In this document: piece after piece, positions 1-11,313 of the stretch
Position numbering within the stretch: position 1 is the first letter of the stretch
Layout of the letters: the number at the start of each line of letters is the position of its first letter
Assembly (NCBI GenBank): GCA_029717555.1
Contig: JAMDHS010000011.1
Location: forward strand, 186,001-250,000
DNA: 64,000 nucleotides
DNA from: Peribolospora baueri
Taxonomy: Eukaryota
Direction: 5' to 3'
Translations under genes and position numbers: made by a program
The notes under the pieces: model-generated
Databases searched by the model: none
Seen by the model: only the letters and a program-made list of their open reading frames with translations
What the model was told of the DNA's origin: nothing

Positions 1-776
1 CACCGCGCCAAGGAAGAGACCATCTGAGAAGAACGTCCACGAGCGTCGTTGTCAGCCTTTCCGGCTTCGGCTCTCCGGTAGTATACCTCAAGAATAAAAA
101 AATTAAAATTAAAAAATAAAAAGCTCACAGTGCACGCCAAACCTAGTCCAGAACCCGGGATCAGCAATGCCGATAATCTCGATCCTGCGTTGGAAGGCGT
201 CCAGGTTCTCGCTAGTCACGTAGTGCACCAAGTTGGCGAATTTGGACATCGTCCGTTCACTATGGATCGGAGAAGAAATGAATCAAAAGAAGAGGGGAGT
301 CAGTCCTTTTCATAGTTTCTTGATCCTTTCTCCCAACTACAAATATATAAAACAGAAGAGAAGAGAGAAACGACGAATGCTAATGTGAAACCCGGAACCC
401 ACCGAATCTCGTCCTTAGACAAGTCATAAATATCGTCAACCCTGAACGCCGGGTCCCGAGCGATCTCAAGCATGAATTTCTCCTTGAGGAGGAGATCGCG
501 CTCGGAGCCGTGGAGGGCAATTGCCATCTGCGGTGGGATGGGAAATGACGAAGAAAGAAGAACCAGAACGGGGATCAGATCGTGTTTTACCTTTACCGCG
601 TGTAGAGCGACTCTATGACGAGCCCGACTAAGCCGCGCCGCGCGCCCTTCGATTCACACTGTATCCCCCTGTCCTCGTGTATGACCGCAACGTACCTTCC
701 TAGTATCGAAAGGAGGGTTGGCCCTCTCCTTCTCGATGGTCTCCATCGTGGTCCTGTGGCTCCACGTGGTGGTCAT
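1..776 (-). CDS. Peroxisomal acyl-CoA oxidase, 5' part (runs off window start; at least 4 exons visible)
   Basis: Hand-spliced exons 776-696, 527-403, ~259-130 and ~23-1 with GT..AG introns give MTTTWSHRTTMETIEKERANPPFDTRK|MAIALHGSERDLLLKEKFMLEIARDPAFRVDDIYDLSKDEIR|ERTMSKFANLVHYV...IIGIADPGFWTRFGVH|YGVFLGAV. This matches the acyl-CoA oxidase N-terminus (ERAxPxF, VHYGxFL motifs). Confidence 0.85.
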
Positions 777-2228
777 TTTTGCAAGCGAGCCGAGGGAGCG
801 AAGGGTTGAGTCGGGTTGCGGTAGGGTGATGTACGATGCGGGGGATTGTTCAAGATGGGTTAGCTAAGTCCTCGCTTTCACTTGTCCTTGTGCTCGTCCT
901 CGTTCTTCCTTCCTTGGATGGGTCCGTCCTGTCTTTAGTTGGAACAACACGACTGGGTGTGGGGCCGGGTGATCGACGAGGTGTGCGTACGCGGGGGAGA
1001 GAGCGCTGAATCGAAGCGAGAGTGACGATGGGAGGAAGAGAACGCTCCACTATATGAATGTGAAAGGATGAGGCGACAACGGATGGAAGATGGTGGTTCG
1101 GGCAGGAAGAAGGACACTGCGTGGCGGTGGACCGGAGTAGGCGACAGACTGACCAACTTTCACGAGCGAGCGTCGGCTTGGACGACGGCCGGCGCTTGGG
1201 CGTGATCGGCGACATCGCCTGCCGGATTATTCCACCGCAATACCCGGCTTGGCCTGCCCAGTGCCCAGGACGTCTTCAACAACAGCACACGCCGGTCTCC
1301 ACCACCAACGCCAAACATTGCAGATGCCTCAGATCGAGTACATGCAGCACATGAGCGAGAATTCCACTGCCCAGGGTATCGGCGAGATGTCAGCCGAAAG
1401 CCGAGTTCTGCACATGACGTCTCCGCACGCACGTGACCGTTTCGGTATATGGTCCCGACATGGCCCGCGGCCGAGCCCGCTCCAGGTCACCCGTCCTTCC
1501 CTCACTGCCCCCGTCCAGTTACCGTCCAGTTACGGGGAGACAAGCATGATAGACGAGACGCTGAGCACACTCACAGCCCTCGCGGCCCGCGGCCGGTCAG
1601 CATCCTACATAATCACTGCCAAACAGCAGCAGGCTCGTTCCCCGCTTGTCTCTCTTGTCCGTGCAGCCGTGTGGCTCCTTCTCCAGGTGCCTTTTCTGAC
1701 CAGTTTCAACGGTCTACGGACCATCTCAACATTGTTCTTCAGGAACTAGTGTGGTCTCTTTCTGCACAATGGTGTCATACGGCGAGGTTGTCTAAATACG
1801 CCGCAGGAGACAGCAAACCCCGTCCGGAAGTCGTCAAGGCCGAAAGGGATCGTAGCGCATCGTCATCTCACATGACACTGAACACGAACATCAATGAGGG
1901 CTGCGTGGACATCGGCGATGTGACGTCGATGGATTTCAACTGGCCAATTGCTCTACGAATTTCATCCAGCGTCACTCCTCCCCTTCTCCACCACGCGGCA
2001 GCAAGAGGAAATGGCCTCCATCCCACCAGACCACACTCACACGTAGCGTAAACGCCGGAGCGCCCGGCGGAGATGACCCCATGTTATACGTAGACGAATG
2101 TAGATGGCCTTGTCGGCCGGCCTGTGCTGAGAACAAGCCATACCGTACATGTACCGCCGACCGCACGCACCGTCCGAAAGAAGGACGTAGACGAGAAGAA
2201 CGAACGGACGCTTCGAACTTTCGACTCG

Positions 2229-5200
2229 TCACGAGCTTCGTTCGCCGAGCGTCACACGCAGGCGCGCGAATGTGTCTTCGGGAAGCACAGTGCCCAGCCG
2301 CGCCGTTCTGTCTTCGAGCAGCGCTTTAGAAGCGCCGGTCACCGCGTCCTGCAGCGACGTGACTCGCTCCCCCACTCGTCTGTAACGGACGAGATCGCGC
2401 ATGACCTCTGGGGGAATGGAAGAGGATGCAAAAAGAGCCCTGGCCATGTCCGCCCACTTGCGTTTTACAGCTTCGTCGGGCGAGGCGCCGGTATTCCTGC
2501 CCTCTCCGCCGACGTCGGCCGCCGTGTTCCATAGGTTCGACGCCAAGTGATGCGCGGCGATCCAGTACAGGAACGGTGTCCTGTCCCTCTGCACCTGGTC
2601 CTTCGCCAGAGCGCCGGCGTACGCTGCCAAGAGCGCCCGATCCGTCTCGACCGGCCAGAAGAATGCCGTCAGCCCGTCGCTGCTTTCTAGTGGCACATCT
2701 TCCGGTCGGGCGTGGATCGTCGACAGCAGGTGCGCATAATCGATCCAGAGCAGACGGCGATAGTCGGGAGCATAAGACATGGAAAGCGGCGGAAGGAGGA
2801 GCCTGGCGAAGGAAGGGTCAGAGAAGGAGACGGCGTCGTAGAGTCCCACAAAGTCCGTGTAGAACTGGTAGAAAGGCACCACGATATCGGCGCTCGCCGC
2901 TTCCTCCACTGTCGAGGGAATTCCCTCTGCAGTGGAAGGTGAGACGAGGTACAGCCCGTGAGCTGGAGACTCGAGAGTAAGCCGGTTCAACAGGTTGGTG
3001 AGAGAGTGAGCCACGTCCTCGTCCCTGAACACCTCGACCGAAGATCCGGATGCGGAAACGGACTGCTGTTGGCCGTGCTCGAGCATGAACACCTTCATAA
3101 TGTCGAAGATCAGACGAGACGACGAGGGCATGGCGCGCAGTCGTGTTCCACCCTGCTGTTCGAGAATGTCGAGGAAAAGAATCGCCAATCGGAGACAGGC
3201 AGAGACGACATCGAGCTCCGTCCAATCCCAGTCATCGGGCAGACACTGGAAGACCTCGGACGTAGCCGAGGACAGGAGTTCGTCCAATGGAGCGAACATC
3301 CAGTCCGTTCGCAAAGGAAGAATCTCCTGCCTGACGACCTTATCTTGCATCTTGGTCGCCACGGCAGTGGGGGTCACGAGCGTCGTCGTGACCGGCAGAT
3401 CGGCGGGTTGAGGATGGAGCGGGCCTTGCTTGATGCTTGGTAGTCCACGCTTGTCGGCGTCGAGCAGGTATCCGTAAAATGGCCGCAGAGCTTTGACTTT
3501 CGGACCCGCTTCCGAGGTGGCAGCATCCAGCGAGCGTTCCAGCAGCGTCTTGGCGGTTTCGACGTCAACTGGTCTGAGAACACTGAGCGCTCGCAGGGCG
3601 TGAGCGATCGTCGCCGGTGCGGCAATGTCACCTCTGACGGCAGACATGCTCACGACCGAGACAAAATCGGAGACGTTGTCGAGGAGCCGCACAAGTCCTC
3701 TCCGTCGACCCTCTGCCGCACTGGCGACATCCCACAGGTCCGCGTTCAGCAGAGCGTTCGCCGCGGCGATGGCCTTCGACACGACGTCGACGTTCGAAGC
3801 GGCAGACGCCATGCGCGTACAGGCAGCAAGGAATTGGACGTCGTCAACGATATCAAGCAGTCGTTGCGATGCACTTGTTCCCGCCTGTTTTGAAAGAGCC
3901 GTGACGGCGTCACAAGCCATGACGATGGCTTTTCGAGTCAAACCTTTTTCTGACAGGCCGTCGTTCCATGACTTTAAAACACCTTCGCGCTGCGCAGCGC
4001 CCGCCATTGGCTTTTTCGCGGCGCTGCCCTGCAACCAGACACTCAGATGCGTCAACGCGGAGGTTTGCAAAGACAGGAGTTGACGCCTGAGCATGACCGA
4101 GCTCCGGTCGGTGGAGGCGGCGGCGTCGGAGACGACGTCGGCCGAAAGCATGGTCGACATCGAGATGGCCGCGTGCACGGCGTGACTAACTTCCGACCAG
4201 GTGTCCAATTGCGACCACACGACGTCATGATCCGTATCGAGCATGTGGGGATCGAGGGCACCCGTGGTCCAAATTGTTAACAAATCCAGATAGGCGGAAG
4301 CCAGTCCGAGGTCAGGTCTGGAGACTTTTGGTGCCTCGGCCGTTGACTCGGTCTTCGGCTCTGAGGCGAAGCGGGACGTCGTCTCGACCACTCGCCGACC
4401 GATGGCCTCCCAGCACGTCCACGCCCTCCCGACGACGGAGGCGTACATGCCATACCTCGCCAAAGCGTCGTACATGCGCAAGGTCTCTTCGAGCAACTCC
4501 GTACCGAGACGGCGAAGCTCGACGTCTGTTCCCGCGCTCCAGGGCGGAACAACGACGAACCGGAGGAGCGTGTCAACCATGCCGGAAGCCACGAGTTTGG
4601 CGGCAATATCTCTCGAAGAGTCGGCGAGAAGCCTCAAAAGACGCAGCGCCGAGGTCCGAGCCGCCGCCGCTGCCGCCGGACTGAGCCCGGTTCGAGATCC
4701 AAGTGCCGAAGGTGCTTCGGGCGACGGCGGCCACGGTCGAGCGAGGAATGCAGTATGAACGGCGTCTAGTACGTCTTGCGCCTCGAAAACTTGCCGAGCC
4801 GCATCTCTCGAGTGCATGGCGATGCGGCACAAGATGGCGACGGCTTGGGCGGCAGTGACGTCGTTGAGCGCTGCAAATACCGCGAAACGTTTGCCGAAGG
4901 CGTGAATAAGATCCGTCCTGAGAAGTCCGTGGACGAGGTCCTTGCGGCAGGCGACCAAGTGCGAGTCGTCTTCTTTGAACGCCGGGGGAGATGACAACAG
5001 TTCCGCGCCTTCCACCACCACTTCCTCGTCATAACGCACCAGGGAGACGTAGAGCGTATCTATCGCTTGCGCTGCAACCGTCTCGTTCCTGTCTTCGAGG
5101 TTCCATCGAGCTATCAAAGCGACGTTGAGACGAACCTCCTTGTCTTCCACCTCCTTCCGGACAGCCACGCGTCGAGCATCGTCCTCTGCTAGCCCCGCAA

Positions 5201-6806
5201 GGACGTCCGCATCTCGCGGCACACCGGAGGCTTCGAACCGTCCGTACTTGTCCAGCACACGAGCGAGGATGCCGAGAGCCAACGCGCGCTGGGACGGTAC
5301 TGTGCTTCGGGAGAGATGCAAAAGCTCGTCGACGGTGTAGCCCGCTTCGTCCGGCCTCTCGCCGTGATGATGGAGGCCGCGATGGACGGGAATGGATGCG
5401 GATTCGGCCGATGAAAGGGCTGTGCCGGAGAAGTCGAAGCGAACGGCGGAGGCGGCGGATTGGTCGCTGGACGGAGCCGCGGAGGTCATCCATTCCATCT
5501 GGGCAGGATCATAAGTTGCGGAAGGGAAGAATCGTTGGCGGATATCTTCAGGCGTTCCTTCTTCGTACGGCCTCAAAGCGTCCGACGTCAAGGGAGCACT
5601 TTCAAGCGCTGACGTGGGCTGAGCTTCTTCCGAACTTGGGGGGATGACCTCCACATCGTCCGCAAACCGCGCTCGCCGCGCTTGAGGGCCGACGCCGCTC
5701 GACAGAGCTGAAGACGCGCCCCCATGCTCCACCTTTTCCTTCATCGGGGACGCTCCTGCCTGGCCCGTGCCCGTCTGTTGCGTGCTGCTTTCCTCAGTGA
5801 GGGGTGGCTGGTCGACGAGCGCACTCGACTTCCTGGCCGCTCTCTGCCGGAGCATTTCAACGATATCCGGGCTAAACATGCTCTCGATGTCTCGTTGCTC
5901 CGCCTCGATCTCCGCCTGCGACATGGCCGCCACTCGTGCATCGTTCTCCGTAGAGATCTGAGAAATCAGTGATCGACTGTCAGGTTCGACTTGCGGTATT
6001 TGGGGAGGCGCTACCGAGGGTATCGGGGTCGCGAGTGGGGGCGTGGACGCCGACGGTGCCTGTGACACGGTAGACGACGTAGATCCTCCGCTCGCCGTGA
6101 GTCTGGAGCGTTTGAATGCGCTCATTGCGGCCTGCGAACCCGGCGCCGCAGCGCTACCCTGGTCCGACTGTCGACGAGTCACGGCAGGAAAACCGCTAAC
6201 CGGCGCGACACGGCCCAAAGGCACGAGGGTCGACGGGTCGGGACGAGCTGGCTCTCGCATCAGAACCGCGTCCGGGTCAATCTGAGCGGCGGGGTGAGAA
6301 GTGCGGCGCTCGACCACCGAGCCAACGAAAGATGGCGTCCCTGCTTTTCTCAGCTGGGCGTCAAGGGCGACGGAACGGCCTGAGCTGTCGCCTTGTTCAT
6401 GAGCGCCATCGTCACTTAGCTCATCACCTCCAAGGTCAAGCTGAAAACGGTGACCCCCCTGACCGTCCCCCTCAGATGTCAGAAATGATCCAAGCCTTTC
6501 TGTCCGAGGGGCGACGCCTGCGGCTTGCCTCTGTTCCTGCCGCTGCTGGGCGAAACGAGACTTGGGGCGGGTCGAGGGTGCCTGTTCGGGCGGCTGTCTT
6601 GAAGCAGACGACCTTGGAGAGCAAGATGAACGGTTGTCAGCTTCGGAGGCACGTTTAACGATCGGTGGACCGCCCTGTGAAACCTGAGCCGCTGGGGGCC
6701 AATTGACGAACCCGCCCTGCTCATCCTCGTCAAACTCCTGAAGATCCACTAGCCTAGGGCGCAGCTGCTGAGACCTGGAAGACGAGGGGCCTCTTCCAGT
6801 CGCCAT
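2229..6806 (-). CDS. RBA50: RNA polymerase II assembly factor Rba50/RPAP1
   Basis: Apparently intronless ORF of ~1525 aa, first ATG at 6806. It has the RPAP1_N motif ISTENDARVAAMSQAEIEAEQ and the RPAP1_C motif RFDFSG...LHHHGERPDEAGYTVDELLHLSRSTVPSQRALAL, plus C-terminal FYTDFVGLYDAVSFSD. Confidence 0.92.
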   Translation of the reverse strand: MATGRGPSSSRSQQLRPRLVDLQEFDEDEQGGFVNWPPAAQVSQGGPPIVKRASEADNRSSCSPRSSASRQPPEQAPSTRPKSRFAQQRQEQRQAAGVAPRTERLGSFLTSEGDGQGGHRFQLDLGGDELSDDGAHEQGDSSGRSVALDAQLRKAGTPSFVGSVVERRTSHPAAQIDPDAVLMREPARPDPSTLVPLGRVAPVSGFPAVTRRQSDQGSAAAPGSQAAMSAFKRSRLTASGGSTSSTVSQAPSASTPPLATPIPSVAPPQIPQVEPDSRSLISQISTENDARVAAMSQAEIEAEQRDIESMFSPDIVEMLRQRAARKSSALVDQPPLTEESSTQQTGTGQAGASPMKEKVEHGGASSALSSGVGPQARRARFADDVEVIPPSSEEAQPTSALESAPLTSDALRPYEEGTPEDIRQRFFPSATYDPAQMEWMTSAAPSSDQSAASAVRFDFSGTALSSAESASIPVHRGLHHHGERPDEAGYTVDELLHLSRSTVPSQRALALGILARVLDKYGRFEASGVPRDADVLAGLAEDDARRVAVRKEVEDKEVRLNVALIARWNLEDRNETVAAQAIDTLYVSLVRYDEEVVVEGAELLSSPPAFKEDDSHLVACRKDLVHGLLRTDLIHAFGKRFAVFAALNDVTAAQAVAILCRIAMHSRDAARQVFEAQDVLDAVHTAFLARPWPPSPEAPSALGSRTGLSPAAAAAARTSALRLLRLLADSSRDIAAKLVASGMVDTLLRFVVVPPWSAGTDVELRRLGTELLEETLRMYDALARYGMYASVVGRAWTCWEAIGRRVVETTSRFASEPKTESTAEAPKVSRPDLGLASAYLDLLTIWTTGALDPHMLDTDHDVVWSQLDTWSEVSHAVHAAISMSTMLSADVVSDAAASTDRSSVMLRRQLLSLQTSALTHLSVWLQGSAAKKPMAGAAQREGVLKSWNDGLSEKGLTRKAIVMACDAVTALSKQAGTSASQRLLDIVDDVQFLAACTRMASAASNVDVVSKAIAAANALLNADLWDVASAAEGRRRGLVRLLDNVSDFVSVVSMSAVRGDIAAPATIAHALRALSVLRPVDVETAKTLLERSLDAATSEAGPKVKALRPFYGYLLDADKRGLPSIKQGPLHPQPADLPVTTTLVTPTAVATKMQDKVVRQEILPLRTDWMFAPLDELLSSATSEVFQCLPDDWDWTELDVVSACLRLAILFLDILEQQGGTRLRAMPSSSRLIFDIMKVFMLEHGQQQSVSASGSSVEVFRDEDVAHSLTNLLNRLTLESPAHGLYLVSPSTAEGIPSTVEEAASADIVVPFYQFYTDFVGLYDAVSFSDPSFARLLLPPLSMSYAPDYRRLLWIDYAHLLSTIHARPEDVPLESSDGLTAFFWPVETDRALLAAYAGALAKDQVQRDRTPFLYWIAAHHLASNLWNTAADVGGEGRNTGASPDEAVKRKWADMARALFASSSIPPEVMRDLVRYRRVGERVTSLQDAVTGASKALLEDRTARLGTVLPEDTFARLRVTLGERSS

Positions 6807-8617
6807 GATCGCAGACGAAGGTGAAGAAACTGGCGAGGTGGTCCCGCCGATCACTCGTCGTCATTTTACGAAGAGGGTAGGTAGGGTTATCGGAGAGGTG
6901 ATCGGGTCTACTCTTCCCTCTGCTCCTACGTTCCTACCCTGCTCCTATCATCTTTTATCTTTTACAATCCAACGCTTCGGGAGCCCATCCCACGTTTCTC
7001 CAACGCTTCGCGCGCTCATCCCGTCACCCGACCCGCGCTGATGACCTATACCGACCCCTCCTTCGGTATCAGGCGACCCCCTTCGCGCGCTTCCACAACT
7101 CTTTTTCCTCCCTCTATGAATTGAACCTCCCTCCCCCGTAAGGTCCGCTTTTCCATTTCGGCATGACGAGGCGGCCATGGACACTGCGCGGGCGGAAATG
7201 TTGGAAAGCGGCCTGCGCTGGCGTCGGTCCGACGACCGAGTTCGACCTCAACAAGGCACACGGCCGGTGCAAGTGAAAAGCGAGGAAAACCCTTTGGCCA
7301 GCCTGGTCAAAGGAGCCATGTATCGGCTCTCGGGCGCTGCGCTGCCAGTCGATCGAGCGCTGTCAGGTTCGGGTCCAGCGCGACGATGCTCAGGGCCAGC
7401 CCATCTGGGCGTCCGCGCCGTTAGCCCCGTCCTCATCACTGTATCGTCACTGTATTTGTACCCTATGAGTTTGCTACTCCTCTTTTTTATTATTATTTTT
7501 TATTTGGACGTCGTCCCCCTGCGTCGCCCCGAATGAAGAGGTTGATCGAAGAGGCGACGGGCAGGATATGAGACGGGGGCATGGGAAGGGGCGGGAGATA
7601 GTAGCAAGGACTGCGTGCGGAGAGGAGGGAAGAGCGAGCCAGAGGAGCGTGAGCTAGCTGCCTGAGAGCGCCTGTTGTCTGTCTGCCGTCCGGCCTGGCT
7701 GGACGGTCGCTTACGGAGGGCGCAGGTGTCGTGAGTGTGCGCCCGCCCGCCCTGCCATTGTGAGGGGCGGCGGATACAAGGCGCGAGGTGACCACGACGG
7801 CTGATCATCAGACTCGGATCGACAGAGCAGCCCTCGGCATGCGTTCGCTCTGCGCCGCATTGCAGGCACCGAGCTAGCCCGCCCTTGAATCACGCAGGGA
7901 CTTGCAGGCTAAGCGAGAGCACGCCGGACGCCAGGGCAAAGGCGATGATCGCACATTGCGGAATTTTGATGGCGGCGTCGGCGGCCCTGCCCTGCCCTGG
8001 CTTAGCGCTTCCTGTGTCAAGCAAGGCGGCGCAAGCGGACTACGCCTGCTTATGTAATCCGAGTAGGGCACAGCCGCGGCTGGGAGGGCGCTGCGCTAGT
8101 CGGTGGCGCCTCATGCAGCATGCAGTATAGCCCCAGCTCTGAGCGGGAGGCGAAGCACGGTGACCGAAGGCGATGGCGGCCAAGGCGGTGTCAAGCTGAG
8201 ACTGAGACGGGGACGGAGACGGAGACCAAGACCAAGACGACTACTGACCCGCACTTCCGCCCATCCGTCAAAAGAAAGAAAGAAAGAAAAAAGAAAAGAA
8301 AAGAAAAAAAAAGCAGTGGTGCCGGCACAGGATATCACAGCACCACCGCCAGCCAATCGCACCCGCCTCCGAAGACTACACCGCCGCGTCCTAGATAGCC
8401 CACCCCTGCCAAAGATGAAAATACATATGCAGCCTCCCCGTCCACCCGGCCTTCTCCCCCCTCTTCCCTCCCTCACTGCCTTCTCTCGCTCTGCTACAAA
8501 CAAGTCAATCCAAACCTCGTCTGTCCGACTCTCCCTACGTTCCGCTCATACATACACCCCATCACTCGCGCGCTTTCCTCGCTCCCTCTTAATATCTCTT
8601 TCGCCGCACGCTCGACA

Positions 8618-9452
8618 ATGAAGTCCTTCACCGCTTCCGCCGTCCTCCTCGTCGCCGCCGCCGCCTCCGTCTCCGCGGCCATCGCGCCCGCCCCGCGGGT
8701 CACCATGGCCCCTCGCCAGGACAGTGAGTGATGGGGCGGGTCGGGAAAAAGAGGAGAGGGACAGTCTGACCGAGGTCCTTACTGACAACGCGCGCCGCCT
8801 TGCTCCTTCGCCCCGCTCTCACAGTGGGCAGCGCCCTCGACTCTCTCACTGCTCTCGGCCCCAGCGTCGCCGGCGATCGTGAGTGGCTACGTCTGGCCGT
8901 CCGTCCACCCGGCCTACACTGACGCTCCCCTCCGCCCGTTCCTCCCTTCCCCCGCGCCGCGCCCAGTCACGTCGCTCGCCAACTTGCCCCAATTCACCGG
9001 CGTCGACTACTCCTCGCTTCTCAACTCGATCGAATCTGCCGGCGGCACCGCGGGAGCCAGCCTTGCGAGCGTCGGCAAGAGCTTGATAAGCCATGCGAGC
9101 ATGCTCGCTACCGAGCAGGGCAGTGCCGCTCTGACGTGAGTGGGGGGACACGGCCGGATCGGCCTTCACTATCGCCCGTTCGCTGACCCGACGGACGTGG
9201 CCGTCCTTCCCTCTCCTCCCTCCGACCCTTTCATCCAGTGACGCCGCTGCAATCAAGACCCAAGCCATGTCGTTCATGTCTGCCGCATCCTCCGTCGCCG
9301 CCACCGCCACCAACAAGCCTTCCAGCTCTAGCACCGGAGGCTCCTCCGGCTCGAACGGCGCGGCGTCTGTCCGCATCTTCCCGTCCGCCGGCGCCGGCGC
9401 TGGCGTGGCCTTTGCGCTTCTTGGCGTCGCTGCTGGTGCTGTGCTGCTCTGA
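8618..9452 (+). CDS. Small secreted Ser/Ala-rich, putatively GPI-anchored protein (4 exons)
   Basis: Signal peptide MKSFTASAVLLVAAAASVSA. Three GTGAGT..CAG introns (~8724-8824, 8879-8966, 9136-9238) keep the frame. The C-terminus SSSSTGGSSGSNGAASVRIFPSAGAGAGVAFALLGVAAGAVLL* has an NGA omega-like site and a hydrophobic tail. Confidence 0.8.
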
Positions 9453-10396
9453 GGAGCGGAGCGGAGCGAGGTCAAGTGAGGGGGAGAGGACGGATGGATA
9501 GACGGGAGAGGGATGGATGGAGGATGGGGTTCGGTGGATGGACCGTGGCGAGCGTCTCCTTCGTGGTGATCATACAAGCACCTATGATGGAATCCAAAGA
9601 CAGCCCTCGCACCTCGCATTTGTTGGTTGGTTACAAACCGCCACACAGAAGAGGTCATCATGGGACAACAACAAGGCCGGGCGCGTCGGGAGCGCCGGTT
9701 CTGGTCCGACTAGGAACGGAACGTGCGGTCGCGCTAGCGATCAACGCCCATCGTTGGACCTGATCGCCGCCGGAGGCGTACGAAGACGTTCGATCTTTCC
9801 ACCAGTCTACGTTGCCTCCCATCTGTTCTGTTCTGCTAGGCAAGGTACCGCCCCTCTAGAGCCACGTACATATGCACGATGCATGTGCCCGTGGCGAAAC
9901 CGTGCGAAACCGTGGCACGATGCGTTAGATAACGAGCCTGTTTTGGGAACGCTCCTCGTCGCTGGAGAAGAGGCTGCTGAGCGAGCCGTCTTCGCGTCCA
10001 TACATAGGTGGCTCGGGGGAGGGACAGACAGACAGAGATGACATGAAATGGGCGTAAAATCGCGTGCGACTTTGAGACTGCCATTGCGAAGGCGAGATAG
10101 ATGACCGTGAATCACCGGTTGATGATTGATTGGTTGATTAATCAGTTTAAAGTCTATACGTACAGGCCGTTATCGACCTACGGGGCACCGGTAGACGGTT
10201 GCTAGGCGTATCGGATGGGAACGCAGGTGTTGTGTCCCGCTGGGGGGGGGGGCAAGTCTTGACTGGGCGTAGGAGGAGGCCGCATCGGTGACGGCGCACC
10301 GGAGCTTGGGGGCGAGCCTGTGGAACCTCCTGGGTGAAGTCGATCGGCCCAGATTTCTCCGTGTCGCTGTGGGGCTCGTGAAGCGCGGCGTAGTTG

Positions 10397-10622
10397 GCCG
10401 TGTATCGCTTGCTGTTCTCGAACCGACGGGCGTCCAGTATCTCATCCCAACCTGAGCACTCCGCGTCCGCGCCCAATATCGCCAGAGACTTTTGCGGTGG
10501 GAGACCGCTTGGAGTGGCGAGAGTGATGCCAACGGCTACATCAGTTGGGTCACCCGGGTCGTCAAGATTTGAAGTTCAAGTCAAACCGCCCGTCGGTTCG
10601 AGGACCGCAAGCGATACGCGGC
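10397..10622. repeat. Inverted repeat pair C (36 bp arms, 3 mismatches)
   Basis: 10397-10432 is the reverse complement of 10587-10622 (cgcccgtcggttcgag[a/g]ac[a/c]gcaagcgatac[a/g]cggc). Confidence 0.9.
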
Positions 10623-10640
10623 GACGGCAAGCCGGTTCGG

Positions 10641-10795
10641 CGGTTCGTCAATGCTATCGGTGCTGCGCCCTTGACCACACGGCCGTCCACTGTACAGCCA
10701 CCCCTCGCTGCGCTCGCGGAGAAAGGCTCGGGGGGTAGCTGTGCAGCGGACGGCCGTGTGGTCAAGGGCGCAGCACCGATAGCATCGACGAACCG
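10641..10795. repeat. Inverted repeat pair D (~67 bp arms, ~21 nt loop) over the zinc-knuckle coding segment
   Basis: 10641-10707 pairs with 10729-10795 with 5 mismatches. Both strands encode CYRCCALDHTAVxCTATPR. Confidence 0.95.
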
Positions 10796-11313
10796 ACAGC
10801 CTCGCCTTCTCCACCAGCTTGAGCTCGCATGCGACCGCGAGGCCGCGTTGGATCGCGCGGTTTGCAGTCTCCTTGTTGCCGAAGAGCACGATCAGGCTAG
10901 ACCTTGGGCGAGGATTAGGGTCGGTAGCGGGCGTCGGCACTGCCCATCGCGCCCTGATGATGTCTGCCCTCAAGAGGCCGTTGTCGGAGGCTAAGTCGCC
11001 CAGGCGCTCCTCGCTGCTGGGGACGAACGTCGTAGGCACTCCGTGGATGATGACGGGGTAGAGGCGAGATTTTAACCTCAGCCCATCGCTCAACGAGGGG
11101 ATCCAGGTCTGGTCGGTCGTCAGCTTGGCGGCGTCTTCCTCTTTGAGAAGGTGGATGACGATCTCCTTGGAGCGAGGTCGAACCCAGACCGCAGGGACTG
11201 GGATGTTTCGGCCGGCCCTAGAGGATTTTATCGCCGCTGAACTCTGTGCCTGAGTACCGCCGCGGCGAGGTCAGCTAGAACGGGTTTGTCGGGGTGGCGC
11301 TGCGCGAGGACGA

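Noticed and set aside
780..1000. FarA-type CCTCGG (790-795, minus strand) and CreA SYGGRG sites upstream of the acyl-CoA oxidase
   Set aside because: Hexamers are expected by chance at this GC content, and the CCTCGG is only ~14 nt from the ATG.
10433..10586. Hammerhead or HDV ribozyme inside the retroelement
   Set aside because: Minus-strand CTGATG is followed by T, with no CUGANGA/GAAA core, and no HDV double pseudoknot could be traced by eye.
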